Positions 1 to 8,962 of a DNA stretch of 20,000 bases are shown piece after piece. Source of the DNA: an uncultured virus (IMG/VR IMGVR_UViG_3300023174_000147) (taxonomy: Duplodnaviria > Heunggongvirae > Uroviricota > Caudoviricetes); the IMG/VR virus record IMGVR_UViG_3300023174_000147; one strand, given 5' to 3'. Below the pieces are notes generated by a model, which saw nothing but the letters and a program-made list of their open reading frames with translations, ran no database searches and was not told where the DNA came from. The translations under genes and the position numbers were made by a program. How positions within the stretch are numbered: position 1 is the first letter of the stretch; each line of letters begins with the position of its first letter.

Positions 1-145
1 CAACTTTTTGTTTTATAGTTTTTCTAAGACCTTCTCCGGCAAATCCAAGTAAACCGTTGAAGAATCCTGCTAGATCGCTAAATTGAAATGCTTCATTTGT
101 TTCCTCACCAGAAAATGAATCGAAATTTTTAATAATTCTAGACAT
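1..145 (-). CDS. Partial CDS (N-terminus only; runs off the left edge), putative internal head protein
   Basis: Not in the ORF track. ATG at 145 opens MSRIIKNFDSFSGEETNEAFQFSDLAGFFNGLLGFAGEGLRKTIKQKV with no stop before the edge. It has an A-rich leader, a GATATATA element about 20 nt upstream and a leader like the other head-cargo proteins. Confidence 0.75.
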   Translation of the reverse strand, partial: MSRIIKNFDSFSGEETNEAFQFSDLAGFFNGLLGFAGEGLRKTIKQKV

Positions 146-165
146 CTGTGTTCTTTTATTTTAAC

Positions 166-173
166 TATATATC
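166..173 (-). promoter_or_regulatory. Putative late promoter GATATATA
   Basis: tatatatc on + at 166-173, intergenic, about 20 nt upstream of ATG 145; the same motif recurs before other genes. Confidence 0.65.
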
Positions 174-203
174 CACAGAAGAATTATTAATCTAAGAAGG
201 AAC

Positions 204-1610
204 CTATGCTTCCTCAAGGAAAAGATCCACCGCTTTTTGTCTATATTTAAGCTTATCTTCCTTTATTTCGGGATTCTTTAAAGCTTCTTTCTTTCTGTTT
301 ACTATAGAGTCAGGCAGCATAGGACCAAATGTGTCTTTTAGTATCTTTTTGTCGGTTCTCCATTCGATAGGGAGATGTAAGGCAAATCTAACTATATCCA
401 GATTTAAGAAAGGGCTTCTTAACTCTAGTGTATGAGCCATTGACATTTTATCTAATCTAGGTAAATGATAATAAGGTAACTCATCAAAAACATCGGATTG
501 CTGTGAATCGTATTCATGAATCCTAGAATACCCGCCGAATAACTCATCCGATCCATCTCCACTTAGGACTATCCTATATCCAGATTCTCTCTTAACTGCC
601 TCAAATAAATGATACTGGGGAACTACAGAGCCTAAATCCACTGGTGTTTCGTTCCATAGCGTGTATATAAGCGCATTCTTAGTTGAATCCATACCATAGT
701 CTAGGAAATTAACAGGCGTGCTTAAATGTGTGCTTAAATCGTTTACAAAAGGAGTTTCACCATTCTCTATGCTAAACCAGGTAACCTTGGCATTCATATG
801 TTTTAATATCCCTGCTATTATTGAAGAATCTAGTCCTCCTGATACCAAAAGTGATATTGGATAGTTCTTAGAAACAAGTCTATTAGATACACTTTCAAAC
901 ATCTTATCCCATAGCCATTCCATGTGGGTTTCATAATCTGCATCCACCAGCTCTGCTATCGGGGATTCCCAAGTTCTATAATAAGGACCGTATGTTTGAT
1001 CGAATAACGGAGATGTTATATTATAGAAATAGAAAGTGTTTGGCAAGATCCTTTTAATCGATTTAATCGGTGTTCGGTTATCCCTATTATAACCCCATTT
1101 TCTAATCGAGCTTATATAGGTTTCGTCCAATTCATCTAATGGTGCTCTTAGACCCTTTATCTCCGAACAGATCTCGCCAAGATCATTCTTATAAAGGCAT
1201 TTCTTACCCAATGGGTCAGTGAATGCTATCACGCTACCTTTATTAGAATCATAGATAACTACTGCCCAAAACCCATCCCATGTTTGTATATGCGGTGAAT
1301 AAGCAGCGGCAAAGAATTCTAAACTTCCGCCTTTATATCCACCAAATAAGCTACAAAGGTATTCAGTATCAGATGAGAAATTACTTCTGTCATAATTAAA
1401 GATCTCCCCGTTAAACATTAAATAAACGCCAGGAGAAATCTCCCTAGGCTGATTCCATTCGTCACCGTCCAATGTTTGAATAGGAAGCCTATGGTGGCAT
1501 AGAGTAACCTTATCTAGTTCCTCTACGGATTTTTCGATTCCCCTGTGTTTTATTGTATCTAAAATTTCAGGATGCTTATCTGCTCTAGTTGTTAATAATA
1601 TTCCGCACAT
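204..1610 (-). CDS. asnB: Asparagine synthetase B-like glutamine amidotransferase (Ntn GATase-II plus ATP-pyrophosphatase domain)
   Basis: N-terminal MCGI (catalytic Cys), HRG, HHRL, FNGEIFNY, SDTE, PP-loop SGGLDSS, LSGDGSDELFGGY, DKMSMAHTLELRSPFL, RKKE. The true substrate is unknown. Confidence 0.85.
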   Translation of the reverse strand: MCGILLTTRADKHPEILDTIKHRGIEKSVEELDKVTLCHHRLPIQTLDGDEWNQPREISPGVYLMFNGEIFNYDRSNFSSDTEYLCSLFGGYKGGSLEFFAAAYSPHIQTWDGFWAVVIYDSNKGSVIAFTDPLGKKCLYKNDLGEICSEIKGLRAPLDELDETYISSIRKWGYNRDNRTPIKSIKRILPNTFYFYNITSPLFDQTYGPYYRTWESPIAELVDADYETHMEWLWDKMFESVSNRLVSKNYPISLLVSGGLDSSIIAGILKHMNAKVTWFSIENGETPFVNDLSTHLSTPVNFLDYGMDSTKNALIYTLWNETPVDLGSVVPQYHLFEAVKRESGYRIVLSGDGSDELFGGYSRIHEYDSQQSDVFDELPYYHLPRLDKMSMAHTLELRSPFLNLDIVRFALHLPIEWRTDKKILKDTFGPMLPDSIVNRKKEALKNPEIKEDKLKYRQKAVDLFLEEA

Positions 1611-1616
1611 ATTTTT

Positions 1617-2177
1617 TTAATTAAAAAGTATATCTTCAAACACTGAAGCTATATCGCTTACCGATTGATCATTAAATTTATTTTCAAATACCCATATTTT
1701 ATGAAGTCCAGCTTCTTGAAACATTGATATTACTTTCTCGTAAGTGTCTCTCTCCCTACTATCACCGTCAATATGATCCCACTGATCTTTGCTTCTATCG
1801 GACTTATCTGGATTTTGACCCTTTATATAAACAATAGTGATTTCGTCAAGGAGAAAGTATTTCTTAACTATCTCTATTTGATTTCTAGCTTCTTCTTCTG
1901 TTATTCTTCCCTCTAGCAATCCCCACACTAAGACGGTTAATATTCCTCTGTCGTGTATAAAAGATTCCTGCGGTACATCCTTTGCTAGCTGCATAAGCAT
2001 AAACTCCTTGCCCAAAGAAAAGGCATGTGCTTCCTTGCTATTCTCGCTTTTTAAATTAAGATCGCTGAAGAAATTAGCAAATTTAAACTGAAATCTCGGA
2101 ATGTGGAAAGAATGTGAGATGAACTCTGATAAAAATGTTTTGCCTGAATTTCTCGGGCCTTCAAATACGTATACCAT
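1617..2177 (-). CDS. P-loop nucleoside monophosphate kinase (thymidylate/dNMP kinase-like)
   Basis: Walker A FEGPRNSGKT right after the likely start MVYVFEG (ATG 2177, preferred to the TTG at 2222); IHDRG resembles the dTMP-kinase DR motif. Confidence 0.7.
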   Translation of the reverse strand: MVYVFEGPRNSGKTFLSEFISHSFHIPRFQFKFANFFSDLNLKSENSKEAHAFSLGKEFMLMQLAKDVPQESFIHDRGILTVLVWGLLEGRITEEEARNQIEIVKKYFLLDEITIVYIKGQNPDKSDRSKDQWDHIDGDSRERDTYEKVISMFQEAGLHKIWVFENKFNDQSVSDIASVFEDILFN

Positions 2178-2219
2178 ATATTTCTTTCTATAGTGGAACA
2201 CAATACATGTTCCATCCAG

Positions 2220-2227
2220 CAAATATA
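2220..2227 (-). promoter_or_regulatory. Possible Bacteroidota-type sigma70 -7 element (TAnnTTTG)
   Basis: TATATTTG on the minus strand between the terminator and the kinase start; no clean -33 TTTG seen. Confidence 0.3.
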
Positions 2228-2251
2228 ATAAATCGGTACGGTGAAATCACG

Positions 2252-2285
2252 AAAAACCCCAATCTTTATTAGGATTGGGGTTTTT
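2252..2285 (-). terminator. Rho-independent terminator (possibly bidirectional)
   Basis: aaaaaccccaatc-tttattag-gattggggttttt: a perfect 13-bp inverted repeat with A/T tails, immediately after the stop of the 2287..4764 gene. Confidence 0.85.
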
Positions 2286-2286
2286 G

Positions 2287-4764
2287 TTATTTTGTATCAG
2301 TGTTGATACACTTGAAAGGTGATTGTTGTGGTATCTCATCAAATGAAGTAGCATTCATTCTTTTAACGTGTGTTGCTATACTAGGATAAATGTCAGCAGC
2401 TATATAATAGCAGTTATTCCCTAGAATGTTTTTTATTCCACCATCAGACCCTTTTAGGTTACCTAATATTCCTATTCCATCAAGTGTAGATGACATCTGT
2501 CTTTTAGAAGAAGTTTTTCTTTTCTTGATATCGTCATACTCACCTACGATAATTTTAGATCCCTCGTAAGTCAATAGAGGTCCGCTATCTGAATCGTCTT
2601 CAGTTAAACCGAATATACTATCCTTAGATATTCTTTTAGCTGTAGAAGCTCCTAAAACGTTATCATTGATCCATTTAATACAGCTTACAAATTTACTTCC
2701 GTCAAAAGTAACACAGTTAGCTAGCATAACAAGGAAGTTATTAATAGCAACAAATTCTTCCTTTCCTAGATCAGGATTTTTATCACTTTTCTGAAGTGCA
2801 ATATTAAATGCTTTAGCTATATCGCCCTTAAGATTATCGTAATCAACAAAAGGTATTTCTTTATTCTTAATAGAGGATTCCATCATTTCAAAAGGTCCGG
2901 AAAGATCCAGCTCATCGTTATTTGAATTTGTTTTAAGCAAACTTTTAATGCCATCATATCTCCACTGAGGTCTGATCATACCAAATGTGGTCCATCCCTT
3001 AAGGTAATTTCTAAGGAATTCTGTTGCGTCCTCATTTCCTAAAGTTTTAATCTGTCTAGCCTCCGCCCACTTATTCCAGTTACATGGTGTTTTCAATGAA
3101 GATGTTGCAAGATTGATATTATAAACTGCCCCTTTAGCAAAGAAGTATGAGAACTCTTCAGTTGGTTTAGCTTCATCTAAAGCTAAATTCCAATCTTTTA
3201 TAAACTCTGTGCTATATGATGCTTTAAGAGATCCATCTTGTTTAACAAAATCATCAGACTCAACTTTTATGCTATATTCGGATCTAAGCTTTTTAGCTAA
3301 CCCCTTTACTCCAGATGCTGATTTTGAATCGGAAGATCCAGCAGATTTTTCTGAAGGAGTTTCTGCTTTATGTACTTTATATTGTACATCAAGCTCTTTT
3401 TCAAATTCCGCATTATTTATTGATATTTTACTCTCATTAACAACAGAGAATAGTTCTGATATGCTTTTAACGTGTCCAAAATTAGATGCGTTCTCGTGCA
3501 TTTTAGTTCCTATTGTATGTAAAGCTGAATTGATAGCTTTCCTGTTCTTATCAGAAACCCAATCAGATGAAATTATATCGCTTAATAATGCTTGATCTAT
3601 TTGGCCGTTTATGTTTTTATTACCAGATAATTTTTGAATGACCGAAATAACAGAAGTTGTAGCAGGTCCATATTTACCATTTGGTCCTCCTTTAGATTTT
3701 ATTAATTTTCCAGCGGGGGTAATGCCGTCGCAAAGTGCAGTTTGTATAGCGAAGATTAATCCACTTCCTTTTATTTTTCTATCTGCGTCAGTATCTCCTC
3801 TTTTTAAAGGAAAAACTACTTTTGCAGTTTCAACTTCCTTGGCCTCATTCTCGTCCTTGATTATTTTAACCGCTATTCCGTATTGAGTCTTTGCTCTGGT
3901 CATAAGATCCAATGCTTGGCTGACTAAATTAGTAACGTCAGAATAGCTAGTATAAACTTCTTCGTCATCCTCTAACTTCTGTAAAGATCTGTTTGCTGTT
4001 TGGATCATGGTGTTGTTAAACTCTTCTTGAAATTTATCAACCTGTTTTTCTAGATCCTCAAGGAGTTTTCTATTTTTGTCACCGCCTTCAGTATTATCTA
4101 AAGCTTTTCTTTTTTCATCAAGCTCTATGAAAGTTCTTTTCCAATCTCTTCCATATCCTGATTTTTGATCTTTACCTTCGGCAGAGCTTATTAAATTTGT
4201 GAGCGATTTTTTTAGATTATTTACTCTGTGCTTATAACCGGTAAAAATGGATTCATTTAAAAAGTCAGTGGAATCAAAGTCCTCGTTATCGTTCAGCTTC
4301 TTAGCATCTTCCTCAGCTTGCTTTGCAATGTTATCAATAGAATTCTGCAGCTTATTGATAGCTAGCTTGAATTGCTTAAATATAACCTCGTCTTTAGATT
4401 TAGAAATCTCAGAAGTTCTATCTAGAGCTTCTGCAAATTTATGTAGACTCTCCAGATATAATCTTTTAGTCTCTGCATATTTAGAATCTACTAAATCATT
4501 ATCATCTGCATAATCTATCAATTTAGCTGTTAATGATTTTACTGTTTTAGAATCTGCAACATTAGAAAGTTTAAGTCTAATGGCATCGGGATTTCTATCT
4601 CTTTTTGGAGCTAGATCAAATGTCAATATTTTAAAAGCATTTAGTGCATTATCGCAAACTTTAACAAGCAAAGAATCTACTTGTTCATTTTCTAAAAGCT
4701 TAGTGTAATATCCCTCCAATAGCTGTTTAGCTACCTGATTCTGTATGTATGGATTATTGTTCAT
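2287..4764 (-). CDS. Large coiled-coil protein with a central peptidoglycan-binding-like domain; putative virion/ejected protein
   Basis: Long ORF; likely start MNNNPY at 4764. LKRGDT...IFAIQTAL...NGKYGPATTSVISVIQKLSG...NGQIDQALL (about 3580-3810) fits the PG_binding_1 pattern. Several [LIV]-x-E sites (LLEG, FLNES, VVNES). Confidence 0.6.
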   Translation of the reverse strand: MNNNPYIQNQVAKQLLEGYYTKLLENEQVDSLLVKVCDNALNAFKILTFDLAPKRDRNPDAIRLKLSNVADSKTVKSLTAKLIDYADDNDLVDSKYAETKRLYLESLHKFAEALDRTSEISKSKDEVIFKQFKLAINKLQNSIDNIAKQAEEDAKKLNDNEDFDSTDFLNESIFTGYKHRVNNLKKSLTNLISSAEGKDQKSGYGRDWKRTFIELDEKRKALDNTEGGDKNRKLLEDLEKQVDKFQEEFNNTMIQTANRSLQKLEDDEEVYTSYSDVTNLVSQALDLMTRAKTQYGIAVKIIKDENEAKEVETAKVVFPLKRGDTDADRKIKGSGLIFAIQTALCDGITPAGKLIKSKGGPNGKYGPATTSVISVIQKLSGNKNINGQIDQALLSDIISSDWVSDKNRKAINSALHTIGTKMHENASNFGHVKSISELFSVVNESKISINNAEFEKELDVQYKVHKAETPSEKSAGSSDSKSASGVKGLAKKLRSEYSIKVESDDFVKQDGSLKASYSTEFIKDWNLALDEAKPTEEFSYFFAKGAVYNINLATSSLKTPCNWNKWAEARQIKTLGNEDATEFLRNYLKGWTTFGMIRPQWRYDGIKSLLKTNSNNDELDLSGPFEMMESSIKNKEIPFVDYDNLKGDIAKAFNIALQKSDKNPDLGKEEFVAINNFLVMLANCVTFDGSKFVSCIKWINDNVLGASTAKRISKDSIFGLTEDDSDSGPLLTYEGSKIIVGEYDDIKKRKTSSKRQMSSTLDGIGILGNLKGSDGGIKNILGNNCYYIAADIYPSIATHVKRMNATSFDEIPQQSPFKCINTDTK

Positions 4765-4774
4765 GATTGACGTT

Positions 4775-5047
4775 TTAGTATATATTTTCTTTGGGCTCAG
4801 CAGCATTCTTAACAGTATTGCTCTTTTGTATTTCGGATGAAAGAGTTTTCATTAAAAGCGATATCTCTTGGTATATTCCAGCTTGCTGATTTATGCTTGC
4901 TATTTCTGAAGCAGAATCCCCTGGTTTTTTGGATTCTTTAGCTTTTTTAATTGCATCAAACTTCTGAGAAAGAGTTGTTTTTATTCCCTGTATTTTGGTC
5001 TCTTCGCTGTCTTCCTCGTTAACAATGAATTCTTTAAATTTAAGCAT
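4775..5047 (-). CDS. Small putative internal head protein
   Basis: Likely start MLKFKEFIVNEED at 5047, overlapping the upstream stop (ATGCTTAA); the leader resembles the T4 internal-protein capsid-targeting sequence. Confidence 0.65.
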   Translation of the reverse strand: MLKFKEFIVNEEDSEETKIQGIKTTLSQKFDAIKKAKESKKPGDSASEIASINQQAGIYQEISLLMKTLSSEIQKSNTVKNAAEPKENIY

Positions 5048-5978
5048 ATTTTCTAGCAATTGTTATTTTAGATCTCAGATCTCTTATTTCATCCATATAT
5101 TTCTCTCTAATCTCTTTTATTCTCCTGGAAGCAAATGTTCTTGCCTCCTCTGGATTATTTGAGTTTTCTATATCTTTGTTTAAGATATCCCTTTCCATAT
5201 CCATGGCAACATATCGATCATTTCTTTCCTTCAGAAGGAATGAAACTAACTTTTTTGCCTGTGGTGTATCATACCCCTTTATTGCATTGGTAAATTCGGT
5301 TAATGGCAATTTAGCTAAAAATTCAAAAGAAGCATCACTTTCATTTCCGCCTTTAGATTTTTTTTCGGTATTACTACCATCGCCTCCTGTATATTTACCC
5401 ATTTCTTTGAACCTTTCACCTGATTCTATATCCTTGGTCATCAAGTTACCGTACTTATTTCTGAAGTCAGCATCCTTTTGTTTAGCTTTTAGTAATGCTG
5501 TTTTATATTTTGAATATAAAGTCCCAGAAAGTGAAGAATCGGCTAGATTTTTAGCTCTCCTATACATCTCCTCAGCTATATCAACATCAACTTTAGTTTT
5601 AAGTTTTTCCCAGTATACTTTAACCCTTTTATTTTTACCTATAACGTCTCTAACTTTAACAAATATGCTTTCAGTTCTTTTTTCATGTGCTCTCGACTGA
5701 GCGTCCATCAGCTGATTGTTTCTTTGGATTAGTCGATCGATTCTTTTTATTTCTGCAGGATCGCTTTTAGTTTGTGATCTTTCTAGATCTAACTTGTCAA
5801 TTTCTACCTGGATATCCTCCCACTTTTCAACATACTCAAGCTCTGCTGATCTGTACTCATTAGCTAATTTATCTAATGAATCTATACTGCCACCAAAATT
5901 ACTGCTTAACCAGTTTTTTATCTGATCCAATACATTAGCTTCGTTTAAGCTGTCCCATTCTTTAAAGTTTAAAGTCAT
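5040..5978 (-). CDS. Coiled-coil putative internal head protein (paralogue of 5981..7129)
   Basis: 312-aa charged helical ORF with leader MTLNFKEWDSLNEA; aligns by eye with the neighbouring protein. Confidence 0.7.
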   Translation of the reverse strand: MTLNFKEWDSLNEANVLDQIKNWLSSNFGGSIDSLDKLANEYRSAELEYVEKWEDIQVEIDKLDLERSQTKSDPAEIKRIDRLIQRNNQLMDAQSRAHEKRTESIFVKVRDVIGKNKRVKVYWEKLKTKVDVDIAEEMYRRAKNLADSSLSGTLYSKYKTALLKAKQKDADFRNKYGNLMTKDIESGERFKEMGKYTGGDGSNTEKKSKGGNESDASFEFLAKLPLTEFTNAIKGYDTPQAKKLVSFLLKERNDRYVAMDMERDILNKDIENSNNPEEARTFASRRIKEIREKYMDEIRDLRSKITIARKYA

Positions 5979-5980
5979 TG

Positions 5981-7129
5981 TTAGTCATTTAGTTTGTTCT
6001 TTGCAGATCTCAATTTGCTAACGTTAATGTTACCGGAAGAGGTAACAAACACATCAGAAATTATTTTTTTAGTACCTGAATTAGCATCCTCACCATCAAC
6101 TATACCTTGGTTTATTAAATTAGCTAGCTTAGTGAACTCTTGCTCTTTGCTCAATTTCTTATTTATGTCGCTCTCAGTTTTACCCAGATCCCTAAATAAT
6201 TTTAAAAGGTTCTTTTTAGAATCTAAGGCTGAGCTAAGTTCAAGCAGCTCAACTTTAATTTTCTCTATATAAGACTTTCTAACCTTATCAGGATTAGCAC
6301 CTATTCTTTTTTCTAGCGTGGTTAATTTTCTTTCTATATCTGCTCTTAGATCAGCAATATCCTTCTCCAGTTCTTTTTTTCTTTCTATAATATCCTTAGC
6401 TCTTCTACCTGCAACTTTTTTCTTTTCCTTCTCAGGATCTAAAGAAAGATCTTTAGCATCAGGTTCATTACCTTTTTCCTCTTCCTCTTCTTTCTTGTCC
6501 ATCTGGTCTTTCAGAGCTTTAGCTTTTTTCTCTGCCTCTTTCTTTTTAGCATTAATCTTATCCTGATATTTCTTGATGTCTGCGTCATCAGCTTTACCCT
6601 TAGCCAATTTATATTCAAGTTCTGCTAATGCGATCTCGTCGTCTGCTCTTCCTGCTTCATAATAATCTCTTCTTCTAGTGTTATTATCAATAACCTTAGT
6701 TACGAAATCCTTAGCTTTTTTTATCTTAAGTGAATGTGATTTAAGGAAAGATTCAAACTCTTTTATTTTAGAATCCCTATCTCTTTCAACGGCATTTATT
6801 TTTTCCTTGTCGTTTATTGAACTTAAGCCATCTATTTCGGATTCTAGCTTTTCGATATTTTCTTCGAAATCTGCTCTTTTTTCGATGGAATCAATTTCCA
6901 AATCTACAAGAAGCTTTCTTGCTTTGTCGATCATACCTACTCTAGATAAAGATCCTAGGAAAAATTTAGAAAGTGAATTTTTAAGATAATCTCCGACAAT
7001 GCCCTCGTTTACTGTGTGATTGGGTTCAGATCTCTCCAGAGAAGCAAACTCTTCACTAAGTTCACGGTCTACAGTTTCTATCAGAGACTCATATTTTTTA
7101 AAATCATTAAATGATGGTAGATTCTTCAT
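5981..7129 (-). CDS. Coiled-coil putative internal head protein (paralogue of 5040..5978)
   Basis: 382-aa K/E-rich ORF with leader MKNLPSFNDFKKYESLIE...VNEG; GATATATA lies upstream. Confidence 0.7.
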   Translation of the reverse strand: MKNLPSFNDFKKYESLIETVDRELSEEFASLERSEPNHTVNEGIVGDYLKNSLSKFFLGSLSRVGMIDKARKLLVDLEIDSIEKRADFEENIEKLESEIDGLSSINDKEKINAVERDRDSKIKEFESFLKSHSLKIKKAKDFVTKVIDNNTRRRDYYEAGRADDEIALAELEYKLAKGKADDADIKKYQDKINAKKKEAEKKAKALKDQMDKKEEEEEKGNEPDAKDLSLDPEKEKKKVAGRRAKDIIERKKELEKDIADLRADIERKLTTLEKRIGANPDKVRKSYIEKIKVELLELSSALDSKKNLLKLFRDLGKTESDINKKLSKEQEFTKLANLINQGIVDGEDANSGTKKIISDVFVTSSGNINVSKLRSAKNKLND

Positions 7130-7155
7130 TATAATACAATACTTTTTTTACATTG

Positions 7156-7163
7156 TATATATC
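7156..7163 (-). promoter_or_regulatory. Putative late promoter GATATATA
   Basis: tatatatc at 7156-7163, intergenic, about 27 nt upstream of ATG 7129. Confidence 0.65.
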
Positions 7164-7205
7164 CAATTAAGATTTTTTATTCTTAAACGGGTCTGTAATA
7201 TATTT

Positions 7206-8924
7206 CTAGGTTAGCGAAAACTTATAGTTTCCACAATCCCATATCTTATAATAGCCCATTCCGTGCATTATGTTATCTACCGTATCGTCCTGGGAATATC
7301 CTTTTTCTACTAATTTCTTTTTAGTCCAATTTAATCTATTGGATCTTTTCCCGTCTATACACCAATAATATCCAGGATCTGTAATCTTAACTAGGGAAAA
7401 CCCTGATTTATTATACGAGGTAGTTGTCCAATCAGGAGAGAATGATATATCGCAATATGTAACCAGTGAATTGCCGATGTTTTTTCTAAAATATGAAATA
7501 ATTTTAGAAACCCCGCCTATCACTATATTGCCTTTCTTTGTACAACTTCTTATTACCTCATATTCAAATTTAGTTTTACTTGATTCTATAAGTTTTCTAG
7601 TTTTAGAAAAACTCATTATTGACAATAATTCATTCTCACTATATAAGCCTAATATTATACTAGCGGTAGAATAACCTTTTATGTGATTCTCAGTACAGAA
7701 TTTTCTGTAATCCGATTGAGCTACATTAAGCACTGTACATTTTCTAGCATATGTTCTTTTAGTTGATATATTAAGGGTAGCAGAAATCATTGATTTAATG
7801 AGATCCTTTTTATAAGTCCAATCATCTTCCCATATATTGTATAGTTTAATGCCCTTAGATAATAGGTATTTGCTCTTTTCCTGGTGATATTCTTTAGTCT
7901 TATAAACTTCAGAATGCCAATATAGTCCATTAAATTCGAATGCAATCTTAGGCTCAGGTAAAAATATATCAGATTCTGAAAATTTAGAGGTTCCCCTAAA
8001 TATTTCTCTATCATTTCTTTTTATATCTCCATCATATATGCTACTTATAAATTCGTGAAGTTCATCTTCCATTTTAGATCCTGCCATATTGGGAGGATTA
8101 CATGAAGGACAGGGATTAATAGAATTTCTTAATTTATAGTTTATTGATACCGGGTGATTTGTGAATTCTTTATCACATACGGTACAAAGCAATTTGGATC
8201 TAATAGAATTATAAACTAATAGTTTTATATTAAATTCATCTAGTTTTTCACCCAATTCATTTCGCTTTGTGGTGGAGGATGATGTTGCAACTTTCTCTGC
8301 AATATCTTTATTTTTCATTGCGTTAATATTACCATATTTAGCTTTATTAGTATTAGAAGCTTTTTCCCCCTGTATGAAATTTAAGCTTCCGTGTCTATCT
8401 ATACATGTAGAGTTTCTTTTCTCTAGAATTTCGCTATTTCTCAATGCATGCTCAGTACCATATTTTTCCAGCATTGTTGCTTTTATCGCAATTTTAGTAT
8501 CTTCACATTTGAAATTATGATCTACACCGTATTTGTTTAGCATGGTATTTTTGTATTTTTCTCTAGCAGAGGATCCTTCACCGAAGTAATTATTACCATA
8601 TTTTTCATCTATAGTCTTTTTGAACGATTCAACTTTCATTTTAGATCTACATTCTTTAACACCACAAGTTGGATGATAGCCATTAGAATATCTATAAAAT
8701 ATCCTGCTATTAATACAATATGGACATTTAGCGATTTCTGTTACATTCTCTGTTAAATGCCAAAGTCTTCTTCCGATTTCGCATTCAGGTTCAAGATAGC
8801 TAGTTTTTTCTGTTATTTCTGATAGCAGACGTGAGTTATTTCTTATTATAGAGAAAATCCCATTAGCTGCAATCCCGTCTTTTTTACGTTTATTTAGTTC
8901 ATTAATTATATCAGAAAGTATCAT
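7206..8924 (-). CDS. Free-standing homing-endonuclease-like protein (Zn fingers, KYG repeats, Vsr/DUF559-like PD-(D/E)xK nuclease, C-terminal GNAT/Mom-like domain)
   Basis: CPYC...C...C and CTVC...CPSC; five T-x-x-x-KYG-type repeats; SKMEDEL...DIFLPEPKIAFEFNGLYWHS...IWEDDW nuclease core; C-terminal YARKC/NHIKG/GGVSK/YCD/IWDCG block typical of Hef-like phage proteins. Confidence 0.7.
   Translation of the reverse strand: MILSDIINELNKRKKDGIAANGIFSIIRNNSRLLSEITEKTSYLEPECEIGRRLWHLTENVTEIAKCPYCINSRIFYRYSNGYHPTCGVKECRSKMKVESFKKTIDEKYGNNYFGEGSSAREKYKNTMLNKYGVDHNFKCEDTKIAIKATMLEKYGTEHALRNSEILEKRNSTCIDRHGSLNFIQGEKASNTNKAKYGNINAMKNKDIAEKVATSSSTTKRNELGEKLDEFNIKLLVYNSIRSKLLCTVCDKEFTNHPVSINYKLRNSINPCPSCNPPNMAGSKMEDELHEFISSIYDGDIKRNDREIFRGTSKFSESDIFLPEPKIAFEFNGLYWHSEVYKTKEYHQEKSKYLLSKGIKLYNIWEDDWTYKKDLIKSMISATLNISTKRTYARKCTVLNVAQSDYRKFCTENHIKGYSTASIILGLYSENELLSIMSFSKTRKLIESSKTKFEYEVIRSCTKKGNIVIGGVSKIISYFRKNIGNSLVTYCDISFSPDWTTTSYNKSGFSLVKITDPGYYWCIDGKRSNRLNWTKKKLVEKGYSQDDTVDNIMHGMGYYKIWDCGNYKFSLT
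8295..8621 (-). repeat. Five degenerate, roughly 19-23-aa KYG repeats within the endonuclease
   Basis: KTIDEKYGNNYF, NTMLNKYGVDHNF, ATMLEKYGTEHAL, STCIDRHGSLNFI, NTNKAKYGNINAM. Confidence 0.75.
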
Positions 8925-8945
8925 GTCTCTATATATTGTTTATAT

Positions 8946-8953
8946 TATATATC
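8946..8953 (-). promoter_or_regulatory. Putative late promoter GATATATA for the endonuclease gene
   Basis: tatatatc at 8946-8953, just downstream of the capsid terminator and about 22 nt upstream of ATG 8924. Confidence 0.6.
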
Positions 8954-8962
8954 ATTATATGC

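Noticed and set aside
204..1610. Gat-QueC (7-deazaguanine pathway) or lasso-peptide cyclase
   Set aside because: It has AsnB-specific SGDGSDELFGGY and E.R.PFL motifs and no QueC zinc-binding cysteine cluster. The intact Cys-GATase domain and the lack of a precursor or B protein in the window argue against a lasso cyclase.
7787..8014. Alternative-frame minus ORFs 7787..8014 and 17327..17536
   Set aside because: Short, fully inside well-supported genes, with no motifs or initiation signals.
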